In this document: one piece after another, positions 26,960-38,258 of the stretch
Position numbering within the stretch: position 1 is the stretch's first letter
Layout of the letters: each line of letters starts with the position of its first letter
From: Cyanophora paradoxa CCMP329
Taxonomy: Eukaryota > Plantae > Glaucophyta
DNA: 64,000 bases
Direction of reading: 5' to 3'
NCBI GenBank assembly: GCA_004431415.1
Contig: QPMI01000408.1
Span: forward strand, 558,001 to 622,000
The notes under the pieces: model-generated
Databases searched by the model: none
Seen by the model: only the letters and a program-made list of their open reading frames with translations
What the model was told of the DNA's origin: nothing
Program-made: the position numbers and the translations under genes

Positions 26960-29900
26960 TAGCCTATCGCTAGCGCTAGCGCTATAGCTATACATGTAGC
27001 TATACGGTGCCTGTCCCCAGACACTGTGACATGCCGCGGGTTGCCGAGCTCGAGCGGGCTCAGGCCACGCCCGATGGGCAGGTGGGGGGCGGAGCCGGGG
27101 CCGTCGCGGGCAGTGCAGGTGGCCACGGTGCCGCAAAGGCCGCAGGGCCCAGGGACCGTCGAACGGGCGCCGAGGCCTACGGCGGAGACGCCCGCACGCG
27201 GAGCACCAGATGGGGCGGCTCGCGTACGGAGCTCCGCAGGGCCGCCGGTGGCGACGTGCCGCGGCCGGCGCCGGAGGGCATGAAGGCCGCGGCCACCAAG
27301 CGGCCGCCGCGGGGGACAGAGTCCCCATGGCCAGCGGGGCCGGTGGCGGAGCGCTACCCACTTCCTCGTCACTTAGAGCGTCCTCCGGATCCTCCTCCTT
27401 CTTGCCAAGTCGCGCCATCTCGCCGCCGCCATCTCCGTCGCGTCCGCCTCGGCCTTGAGCCCCCCCGCAGGCTCCGGTCCTATGCGATACCGCGAGGCTG
27501 GGGCGGAGAGGGGGGGGGGGGGTGGGGGGGGGGGGGGGGGGGGGGGAGGCGCGCTAGCGCTGCCCCACAAGGCGCACCGGCGGCGTTGGTGGCTGCGGCG
27601 GCCGCGGGCTGCGCCCCACGCTCCTGGCCCAGTGGGCCCCGCCGCGCCGTGCCGCATCATGGCATGATGCCGGGGCCGGGGTCCGTGCCCATCGCGAGTG
27701 GCGAGATGGAGCCCGCCTCAACGGGGGCTGGGGGCCTGCAGCCAGCGTTAGATATCGACGGAGAGCAGAGTACGAAGGTGCTCGGAACAGGCGGGCCGAA
27801 TTCAAGGGGGTTGGGGAGGGAGGTTGGGGAGAAAGGGAGGGAGGGGGGGGGGGGGGGGGGGAGGGCGCGACTGGTCGCCGGCTGGCCGCCCTCGGGGACG
27901 AGGGAGCCGCGGCTGGTGGAGGAGAGGCGTGTGCCGGGCGAGACAGCCTTGAAGCGTCCACAGCGGCTTGTGACGGCGCTGATGGAGACGATCCCGGAGG
28001 TTAAATTAAAGTACATAAAAGTGGTCAGCGCAAGGAGGCGGCGCGGACGGCGGGGGTGAGACCCGAGTCGCGCACGGTCCTGAGGCCGGCAGGAGTGAGG
28101 TCCATGGTTCAGGTCTGTTTGACGGCTGGGAGCAGCGTCGAGGCCCCGCCCAGCGCCGCAATGCCTTCGGAGACGGTCACCGGGTGCGGTTAGTGCAGAG
28201 CAGAGCCCGAGGTTGCTGAGCGGCCTTCCCACCGTTGCCGAGCGGGCGGCTTGGAGCTCGTACGCGATGCCCCCCAGCATGAAGGCGCACGCCGACGCCG
28301 CCGCCACAATCGCCACTGGCTGCTGGGGGTCAAGAGAAGAAGTCTCAATGACGGGAGGGTGGCCCTGTCGCCTGGACGGCGTCTCAATGCGGGAGGCCGA
28401 GGGGCGCGAGACGTCGATGGCGACGGATCCGAAGTGGGCGAGGGAGAGGGCGAGGGCGGTGCGGACCTGCGCCCCCACGCGCGCCGCTCGAACTTCTCGG
28501 AAGAGGCGAAGTGGCCCAGCACGAACGAGACCCCGAACTGCAGGCGGGCCGACGTCGGCCCCCCATAGCTAGCTCCCAACAGCAAAAGGAGAGACCTTCT
28601 CGAAACGGGCGGCGGGCTTGGAGAAGCTTAAGAGGGCGAGACGCTCCCGCGCGTAGCCTAGTAGAGCTCGTGCAGGAGCACGTACCGCACCACCGCGTCC
28701 TCCTTTTCCTCCTCAATTTTTTTTTTTGCTCGGATAGGTCCGGCCAGGCAGGGAGGGGGTTGCCCCCCTCCCCACGCGCCGCCTCCTTTTCCCTGCTCCG
28801 ACGGTCGGAGGCGGCGGGTCGGAGGAAGGGAGAGGGCCGCAGGGGGCGGGGCTTGCACGGGCTCGGAGTCCGTGGCGGCCCACTCGCCGCGGTCGTGACG
28901 ATCCTACACGTCCGCCCGCAGCGCCACGGCCGGCAGCAGCAGCGCTAGCGTGGCCCGCACGGGGATCCCGCGCTGGGCGCTTCGATCCCAGTGGAGGTGC
29001 GAGGCAAGCAGGGAGAGGGCGATGCCCACTTGGCGAGGTGGCGCCTGGCTGCAGCGCGGTGCGGCGGCGGGGGCGAGGGGTGCAGGGCCCGCTTGAACTT
29101 GTGAAGACGACCTTTAGGGCAGCCCGTGGCCGCAGCACGGCGATGCCGAAAAAGATGGCCGAAATCCAGAAGAGGGCCGTCAACAAGTCCCCCGTGGTGG
29201 AGGCCGCGTCGTGCTGCACGTGGATGGTGGGAGGGGAAGGCCGGGGGCGCGCTGAGGCGGCGCGCGCGCACTCGTTGTCGTGCACAGGCTCCCCTCCGTA
29301 GGCCGCTTCGATTTAGGGCCAGGCGGGCGACTCGGACGGCAGCATCAGCGCCCAATCTGGCCGGCATCACGAAAATGATTTTGGAGAGGGAGAGGTTGGG
29401 GGGGGGGGGGGGGGGGCGGAGGGGGGAGGGGGGGGGAGGGGGGGGGAGTGGCGCACAGATGGACTGCGTCATGTAAGCGTGTGTTTACGTACAACTTGTA
29501 AGTACAGGGTCGGCAGGGCCGAGCCGGCGACGTACCTCGACGCCGCGATCGAGGCGAGGTGCTGGCGGCAGGATTGAGGCGGGCCAGGGCCATGTAAGGG
29601 GGAGCTGCATGGCGTGCCACGGTGCAGGGCGCCTGGAAGAAGTTTGATGAGACGCTTGCTGTGCTTCTCGAAGCCGCTGCCATGGCCACGGCCGCGCTCG
29701 CCGTCAGGGTACCCCCGGCCCCAGCCCCCGCGGGGCGTCCCCGCCTCCCGCCTCGACTCGGCGAGTCCACGTCCTGGCGCCCCGGTTGGGATCAGGGGTA
29801 CGAATACGCAGTGGGAAGGGGGATCCCGATTTGGACCGGGAGTATGATGGAGGGGGAGGCCGGAGCAGCGCCCCAGGCAGAGCCGCCGCCGCCTCGATCT

Positions 29901-30200
29901 CGAGCCCGGCGGCCACGCCGTGGCCATCGCTGCGGGCCAAGTCTGAGATCAGAGCAGCGCCGAGGGCAAGGCGACGGGAAGCACTGGCGGTGGAAGCAGG
30001 GGCGAGAGGGAACGGGACCCGGGAGATGCGGGCGAACTTGGGCCGCATGTACTCCCGGTAGCGCAGCGCAGTCGCGACTCCAGGCCACGCCGCCCGACGT
30101 CGCCCACGACGTCGCCACCGAAGCCGCCGCCGCCGCCGCCGCTGAGGAGGCCTCCGTCAAGGGGTCGCCGTCCGCGGGGTCGCCGCTGCTATGCTACGCT
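26960..30200 (-). pseudogene. Possible decayed multi-pass membrane protein gene in a very GC-rich, poly-G-interrupted block
   Basis: Hydrophobic fragments in different frames (LLTALFWISAIFFGIAVL; VAIVAAASACAFMLGGIAYEL; LLALTTFMYFNLTSGIVSI); no clean spliced model. Confidence 0.3.
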
Positions 30201-30804
30201 GCCGCACTGCGGCAAAGCCCGGGTCCGCTGAAGCCCGGGTCCGCTGCGCAAGGTCTCAGGCCCTGAGGGGGTGCCGAGTGCGACTCGGGGGGCCCACGGG
30301 CCGCGGCCGGGGGAAAAGGGGAGAACGAGCTGGTGAGGACGCCGCGGCGCTGTCGAGCTGGAGCATCGTTGCCGTTGTCGACCTTCCATTTGTGTTGTTA
30401 GCTGGGCCTTTACTTCAGCGCTCGTAGCGTTGGTTGCGCTTGTAGGCCGTCGACGCTGTAGCACGGACGCGCCTAGCACTGCCGAACGCGTGCCGCGCGC
30501 GCGCTGGTGCTTGATGCGCACATATCGAATCATGAAAAAGCGCAGCGGCGCCGAGCGCGGCGGCGCACGCTGATTGCTGAGAACCTGTACAGCTCGTCGA
30601 CGAGGCCAGGGGCATGCGCATATGCAGCGGGCCCAGCCGAGAAGTGTGCATCGGATGACCGGTGAGGTGTACCCCTGAGGCTGTTTGGGCCCTTTGGGCC
30701 CAAGTTTGTGGTCGCCCGACTGTTTTAGCCGCCCGGGTTGCGGCTTCACTGTAGATCATGAAGACAGCCGACCCCCTGCAGGGTGCTCCTCCCCACGGAG
30801 CTTA

Positions 30805-30897
30805 CCCCTGCAGGTTACGCTCTTCACCCGAACAGCACGGGTATAGTTAAAGCGCTGAGGTAGGAGGTCCGGCCGCGCCCGTAGCCTAGAAAGAGCA
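30805..30897 (-). repeat. Dispersed ~92-bp repeat, copy 1 (followed by a hairpin at 30773-30814)
   Basis: Reverse complement tgctctttctaggctacgggcgcggccggacctcctacctcagcgctttaactatacccgtgctgttcgggtgaagagcgtaacctgcaggg matches 42435-42526 and the intron at 32437-32498. Confidence 0.9.
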
Positions 30898-30983
30898 GGA
30901 TCGAGGAAAGCTATATATAACATAGTTTGAAGAAGAAGAATGATCAACTAGAGCAACGCTGTAGTTACATAGCCCAGCCAAAA

Positions 30984-33473
30984 TCAAAGGCCGGCCTCCG
31001 AACTTCTACTTGACGAGCCGTCTGAGGCCTCGGAGGCCTCGTACAGCCGTTTCTGGGCCATCATGAAGACAGCCGATGAGAGCAGATCTGCAGCGTAGTC
31101 TCGCGCGAATTGCTTCATCCAAGGACGTGTAAAATCTGAAATCGTTGGCCGGGGTGGTGATTCATGCTCATCATTCTCGGCAGCCTTGAATTCTGCCTCA
31201 GCTTCTGCCTCCGCTTCATCTTCCGCTGCCTGGGCAGCCTCCTCCTCCAAGGATTGAAGATCATCAGGTCGCTCATCCTCAGACTCCTCTGCATTGCTTT
31301 CAAGGTCCAAGTTCATCATGTAGCTGCACACAGTTAGCAAATGATAAGTAGTAGGAGACACAAAAAACACAACGCACTTATAAATCGCTTGAGCAGACAA
31401 GTCGTTAACAACTTCCTCAGCAAACTGCCTCATATCTACGTTTCTCAGCATCGGGGGAGGCGACTTGCGTGTGACAAGGCCATCTGCAACAAGGGCTGCG
31501 GTTTCAGGACTGGGTGCTCGATTCATTGACTGCTGACTTGATGTCAAAAGCAGCTGCTCCTCAGTATGTGCTACTCCAGATGGACTGGGGGTGGCACTTT
31601 CGAGCCGGCCTTGCAGGTTGTCGATTGTCCTTTCGATGGCCTGAGGTTCGTATGTAAATGAGCAGTCAACCGAATTCTTGACATTGTAAATGCGTACCTG
31701 AATCCTTTCTAGCATCGCCTCGCGGGCTTCAACCTCACCCGCTGACGATGCTAGCAGAATGTTGTCATTTTCACTTGGGCCAGCTGATCTGCCAAGGATC
31801 TCCCGGAGAAATGCTGCCTCTTCCTCGTCTTCTGCAGCATGAAGGTCTGCTTCAAGTCCTCGGTACTCGGGAGAGTGCCTCCCTGTGTCGGCTGCTTGCT
31901 GAGATCTTGCAGCACGGACAGCAGCCGCTCCAGATCCCCTGCTGACGGGCCGCTCGACAACAGCTGCTGTTGCAAGCTCAAGCTCATCTAGTTGGCGGTT
32001 TGCTGCATCGATGAGATCGCGTACAGCCACAACCCCTTCAGAGCCTGCAGCTGAAGTTGAGGTCAACTGAGGCAAGGGTCGTCGTGCGGGCCGTCCTTGG
32101 TCCGTGGTTGGGATGTTCGAAGAAACCCCTTTGAAGTCTGACAGGGACTGATAACGATCAACACCCTTCAGAGGAGGCAGGGGACCACTTGATGATCTTG
32201 CTGGGTCAACCGACGAGCTCTGATTCATGCATTACTTTACAGGGGATCGAGACGAGAAGAAACAGCGCACTTGTGTCTGCTTGGGCCGAAACCTGTACTT
32301 TTTTGGAGGCTGTTTGCAGACCTGAACTGGAGGCGGCTCGAAAGCCCGCTTAAACTGCCCCTTTTTGGCCTTCTTTTGTGCATCTTCCAGACTGCCGCGA
32401 ATCGCCATTGTCTTGGGATGATCCGGACCCCAGTACCTGAGGTATGGTTAAAGCGCTGAGGTAGGAGGTCCGGCGCGCCCGTAGCGTAGAAAGAGCACCT
32501 CGAAGCAGCATCTACTGCATTCGCGTAGCTCTGAAGGGCCTCTGCCACGTTATTAAATTTCGCATTGGTAGGAAGAGGGGTAAAGTAACGAAGTACCCGG
32601 CAGTCCCAAGTGCTCCTGTTCGACAGCCAAATTGTGGAAGGCGATCGCTAGGATGGTTGCATGCGCTGCCACAACTTCCTGCTCTCGACGCGGTGTGTAC
32701 TGCCTGTCGACCTGACTCAGGAGGATCTGAAGGGCGCACTGAGCGTGCTCCAGAGCTGCAGTGTGCCTGAAGGAGACATTAGTGGGCCTCACAGCGCTTC
32801 AAATTGCCAAACTTACTTCCCAAGCTGCGAGAGCGTCGCACATATATTGAGGTGTGTTCCCGCGGGATTCTCTCCAAAAGGGGATCCCACCTGCTTGAAG
32901 AAACTTCACTACTCTTTGATAGATCTCGCTGATGACAGTCGCACCTCTATCTTTAGCGCTTTGTCCAGGTAATGAAGCGCAGAATGAAGTTTCCCTCTAC
33001 GCCTGTAGTAACAACCGAAGTTGTTGTACGTGACGCCCCTGAGGCGCAGGCGAGTTGCGTTGTTGGATATCGAGCTTCGCGAGTCCGTGAGAATCTCCGC
33101 CTTCTTCAGCAGTTCGTAGACCATAGAATAGTCGTCCGCTTCTAAATATCGCATTGCCATGCTGTTCGCTGTGTGACAAAGCAGTTCGCAGGCCTTCGAG
33201 ATGTGTTCGGACTGGGAACCAAGGGATGAATTTAGACGTAAGCAGCTAGAATCGCGAGCTCCCCGCACCTGCACTCCGTATCTCTGAATTTTCAGGACCA
33301 GTCCCCTGCATGCGCCTTGAGTGCGTGGGAGCGCGTGGCTGCTGCAAAGCCTCAATGTGGGCAGAGTCGCACCGCTCCATCTCACGCAACGCATCGATGT
33401 CCTGTCCATCCCGAAGCAACTGCCTGCAGAACGCGTCGTGTGCGGCTATATCGGCATCTTCGCCCTGCTCCAT
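30984..33473 (-). CDS. TPR-repeat protein with long low-complexity/acidic C-terminus
   Basis: TPR-like helices GVTYNNFGCYYRRRGKLHSALHYLDKALKIE, AGTHLNICATLSQLG..HTAALEHAQCAL, AIAFHNLAVEQEHLG; 414-aa terminal ORF. Confidence 0.85.
32437..32498 (-). repeat. 62-nt GT-AG intron homologous to the dispersed repeat (copy 2)
   Basis: Removal joins DAASR|YWGPDHPKTMAI in frame; the intron body matches the first ~57 nt of the repeat. Confidence 0.85.
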
Positions 33474-34149
33474 GGCCGCGCCCGCTGGCCGTGCCCGCTG
33501 GCCGCACCCGCTGACCTCACCCGCTAGCCGGGCACGCTGGGCGGCGTAGGCTGGCGTCGGCCTTTAGACGCGCAGCTGCCGGCCGGGAAAACCGCTTGCT
33601 TGGCGCGCTGCCAGCTGAGCTAAACGCGGTGCTGCGCTGCGCTGCTTCGCTAAGCGAGCCTCACGAGCTAGCCAGAACTTTGCGGGCGCGCCACAACGCC
33701 TGGCGGGTGCCGGGATTCCCCGCGTTCTAGCTGCGCCGAAATGCGCCGTGCTCCGCAGCCCTGAGCACTCCGACTTACTTCCAGAGCATTCAGCAGCCGC
33801 AGCCGCGCGTGCATACGCCCCGCTGCCGACCGGTGCGAAGTCACCTCGATTTGGCCCTTTTCAAGGCTTTGCATGTACCCCGTGTAGTCGCGCACACATG
33901 GCGCGGTGCATCGGGAACAGTTGATCAAATTGGTTCAAGAGGCCTTGCACTGAACTCCCGAGAGCCCTTGCCAAGGTCGCGAGGCAGTGAGTGTCACCTC
34001 GCAACGAGAGAGAGAGAGAGAGCAAGTAAAAGACACTCCCAGGACTCGAACTCGAGTCTGGGAACGATGCCCAAGTTCGTGGTGGCGAGGGGTATACGTA
34101 GCAAGGACAGTCCCTACGCGCGAAAGCGGCGGTTGGCGAGTCGGCGCGG

Positions 34150-36049
34150 ATGGACGCAGCCGCGGCTTGGGAAGCCGCGAACGCGGTATGGACGAACAAG
34201 GTCCTGCCGCTGCTGGCGATGTTCGGCGAGACGCCAGGTCACTTCTTGGTCGAGCTCATCTTCGTCACTGTCATCATCATCTTGCTGCTGCAGAAGAGCT
34301 ACAAGCCGTCAAAGCAGACGGCCGACCTCACTGACAAGGCACGCGCGCGCCTCTGCAGCTTGCGCTGCGCCCGCTCGGAATCGCTGAGCGCTGCATCCGC
34401 AGGAAATCGACCAACTCGTCGCGGAGTGGAATCCCGAGCCGCTGTATCCGGCAGCGGCCGCCGACGCCCGGGAGTACACGCCGCCGGTTATCTCCGGGTG
34501 CGCAGCGACGTGTTGCCCAACCGGCTCGAGTAACACTGCCGGCAGAGCTCCCGGCCCTCACACCACCGTTGGCGATAAAAGTGTTATCAATCTTGCCGCG
34601 CTCAACTTCCTTGGCATCGCCGGCGATGAGAACATCGAGGTGTGTGGCTAAGTGCTTCGCGCGCGCCTCAAATAACACCATAGCACAGAAAGCGTGCGCG
34701 GATACCATCCAGAAGTACGGTGTTGGCTCCTGCGGCCCGCGCGGCTTCTACGGGACAATCGGTGCGTCAACTTGCCGCCAACTCGATCAGGCCGCCGCGG
34801 TGCTGCGTCAACTCGCGCGTGACCTCGCGAGCACCAGACGTGCACCTTGATTTCGAGCAGCGAGTCGCGAGCTTTCTCGGCATGGAGTCCGCCATCCTGT
34901 ATTCATACGACTTGGCGACCATCTCTAGTGCAATCCCTGCATTCGCTAAGCGAGGGGATGTCATCATGTGGTGCACTCTTGAAGCCCGCGTCGGGTTTCA
35001 AATCTCGGCGACTCATTAGGCCTCAGTGATGATGGGGTGAGCTGGGCGATTCAGTCTGGAATCCAGCTCTCGAGATCAGATGTCGTCTACTTCAAGCACA
35101 ACAATATGGACGACCTCGAGGTAAAGATCATTGAAACAGAGGAGAAACTCAAGAAGAAGAAGAGCCCCACTAGGCGCTTCATTGTGGTGGAAGGCATCTA
35201 CCAGAATCATGGAGGTGATTGTCAATTGGTAATGCACTTTTGTGAACTTGACCAAATGTGAGCAGATATCTGTCCCCTGCCGAAGCTGGTTGAGCTTCGC
35301 AGCAAGTACAAGTATTACTTGGTCATCGATGAGTCTGTGTCCTTCGGAGTTCTCGGCAACACTGGCCGGGGTGTGACTGAGCACTTCGGGGTTCCAGCGA
35401 GAACAGTCGATATGCTTTGCGCCAGCATGGGTAATGCTTTGGGTTCGGTTGGTGGGTTTTGTGCTGGCAACACAACAGTCATCGAGCACCAGCGGTTGTC
35501 TGGGCTTGGATACTGCTTCTCTGCTTCTCTGCCACCATTCCTCGCCACAGCAGCCATAGAAGCGATCAACAAAATCGAGAACAACCCATCACTTGCTCTT
35601 CGCCTTCAGAGGAATGCTGCAACTCTGTACAGGTGCTGTCCTTGAACTCTTGCACCCTGGTGTGCATCCAAGTGACATTTCCACCTGTACACTTCACAGG
35701 CATCTCTCTCGTCTCGACAATATCGACGTAGAAGGCGACATGGGATCCCCCCTGCTGCACATTCGTGCACGTAGGCGATCTGGCAATGTGGAAGAGGAGA
35801 GGAAGACCCTTCAGGCCATCGCTGATTTGGTATTGTTTTGTTTGCATTGTTTTCTTCTCAATCCTCAATCGTATTCAGGTCTTGAAGGCACACAACCTCC
35901 TTGTAACATGTGCATTCTACAGCAAGCTGGACCGCTTGAAACCGGCACCCAGCATTCGGCTATCTGTGCAAGCATCTCATTCAGAGAAGGACATAGCAGA
36001 TGCTGTCCACGGTCTGAGCCTTGCTGTGGACGCCGTGATTCCGCGATGA
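34150..36049 (+). CDS. LCB1: Serine palmitoyltransferase subunit 1
   Basis: [105 protein letters not shown]. Confidence 0.95.
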
Positions 36050-36088
36050 TATTCTCGTTTTCTATGTTTTAGAATTTTCATTTTATGG

Positions 36089-36894
36089 CTACATCAGGAC
36101 GTCTTCCGGATCCCTGATTCTCGGCAAGGCAATAGATAGCACACACTTCGCAGCATCCCACTTCGCTGAGCCGTTCTTATGGTCGACCGGGTAGGGAAGG
36201 GACAGGCGCAGCTTGCTGCGAGTAGGCCTGGTTAAGGAAGATGTGGTCTCCTTCGAGTATGGGGGTGCGCACTATTTCGGACAAAGGACACGAATGACCG
36301 TTTTCGATGTGTCCAGCTCGATGGAGCTGTATTTCGTATCTGGAAGGGTAACGCGAACAAGGAGCTCCTCGCAGTGACGGGACGACCCATCCTTGCCGTT
36401 CATTCCGAGAAAAACATCCTCTGATTTCACACTTTGCCTGAACAAAATCTCGTGCCTGCCCCGTTATGTTTCAGAAGACTTCGGAAGCATCGCGCGTACG
36501 CGGCTCACTGAGGCATCTCACGCGTGTCACTGGCGTCGTCGTCCTCCGGGATAGTGGCATCGTCGGCGTCCGGGACCTGGTCCTCTTCCCATATACTCTT
36601 ACTCTTCGCTCCAGCGCCGATGCCTGGTCGCGTGTGCGTCAGTGACTTGAGCGCAAGCGGGACCTTTGCGCGCGCGCACTTGGCTGTGTGCGCTCTGGTA
36701 ATGCAGGCGTCGCGCTCGGTGCGGCAAGGGCTGCGATGTCCGCTGGGGAGGAGAACTGGGCCTTCTGCTGCGGCGCCTTTCAGATGCGCAGGTGCGTATA
36801 GAAGTGCACGTACTTGCTGCGGCTCCTCCTCCCGCTTAGCTCCTGATCCAAGAAGCTTGTCGAGTGCGATGATGTCGTTTAAGCCGCCGAACAT
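36089..36894 (-). CDS. DNAAF6: Dynein axonemal assembly factor 6 (PIH1D3/Twister-like)
   Basis: SIWEEDQVP, DTREMPQHEILFRQSVKSEDVFLGMNGKDGSSRHCEELLVRVTLP, KLRLSLPYPVDHKNGSAKWD. Confidence 0.88.
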
Positions 36895-37337
36895 GCCGGT
36901 GCTGTGCAATTACGAGAATACACAATCTCAATTCTACAGAGACTCTACAGAGGCCTGGTTGCGCTGCTGAAGTACCGGCGAAGTACTGTCAGAGAGTGTC
37001 AGCGAAGTGCACGTGCGAGCACGACGTCGACGTCGACCAGGGCTCAAGCTCGATCAGGTCCTGCAGAGCCCGGGCCAGCTGCGCAGGCCGCGGGCCTAAC
37101 TTGCCAGTGCTTTTTTTCGGAGAAATTCGAAAGCCCCTGTAGCCCCCCCCCGGCCACGGCCCGCCCCCCTCCTCCCCCCCCAACCACGTGCACCCTCGGC
37201 GGGCCCACCCCTAGCCTGGGCCCTAGGCCTTGATCTGATCAAATTATATAAACATTCACGTTTGCAGTATTTGGCGGGGGTTTGGAAGTCGAGTCCCCAT
37301 TCAGGCCCCTACATTTGACGTGGACTGCAGTGCTCTC

Positions 37338-37912
37338 CTAGCCAGGGTGAGAAACTGCGACTTGTCGAGCACGCCGTTTGTGAGGTCTCCAGGTGGCTCC
37401 ACCGAGAAGCCCTGTTGGGGCGTTCTTCAGCGATGGCGAAGCCCTGGAGAGTACTGAACGCACCAGGCTGCTCATGCAGTTTACGAAGGCTCCAACACTG
37501 CAAACGCCCCTCATGTTTGCTGCATACTTCATTAGGGATCGTCGGAATCGCAGCGAGCGATATAATGCGCACGGTCTAGAGACGTGAAAAGGCCATCGAG
37601 GTCTTCGTCGGAATAGAACAGCGAGATCGTCTGTTCGGGCGGTAAAGATCGCAGGCGCTGTATTGTGTTGTCAGTAAGCATTCAAGCGCTTGGCACGCGG
37701 CGTCGCGGGCCTCGCGGCTCGCCTCACACTCTTGAATAAGCCATGGGCGAATGTCGTCTGTGGCGGGACGAGCGAATACAAGACCGCGCGAGAGAACCTC
37801 CAAGAGCTGGGGGATGCGCTGCAGAGGTGTCAAGAGTCCACACCGAACCCAGCCTTGCAGTGGAGCATCTCACCTTGGATTCCAGGTATTCGCGTGCGTC
37901 TTTTTCCTCCAT
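37338..37912 (-). CDS. EFCAB10-like small protein (RIIa/DPY30-like helix plus degenerate EF-hand)
   Basis: MEEKDAREYLESK|RIPQLLEVLSRGLVFARP..IRPWLIQE|...FYSDEDLDGLFTSLDP; 3' end uncertain. Confidence 0.55.
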
Positions 37913-38258
37913 GGACCGTAGCAGCAGGATGTATGGCGAAAAGGCGCACAACTGTATGCGGCCTTGCGCTCTGAAGTGAGGCCTTCTGGGGCAGTGGGCG
38001 GCTGGGGGTCGGTTAAAGTCCGGAAGCTGCGCAGCTGGGGTTGGGGGGGAAGGCTGAAGTCGAAAGTACGACGTAGCTAGCGACGCCTAGCGTCTAGCTA
38101 ACTTTCCGAAAAAGCCTTTCGTCTGGGGTACAGCTAGCTCGCCGCTGGTCGCTAGCTGCAGCGCGGCCGGCGTCTAGCTCGTCGGTTCTAGCAGCCAACC
38201 TCGCACGTAGAAGCCGAGCCTGAGCTTGCGGGCAGCTTCTACCGAGGATCGCCCAGAC

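Noticed and set aside
27007-28059. 350-aa plus-strand ORF
   Set aside because: Low-complexity G/R/P/A translation through poly-G tracts; no motif; expected by chance at this GC content.
30805-30897. Dispersed repeat as an HDV-like ribozyme or snRNA
   Set aside because: Contains CCUCCU, but I could not build the nested double pseudoknot and saw no match to U1/U2/U6 motifs.
34006-34022. (AG)n microsatellite upstream of LCB1
   Set aside because: Short ordinary simple repeat.
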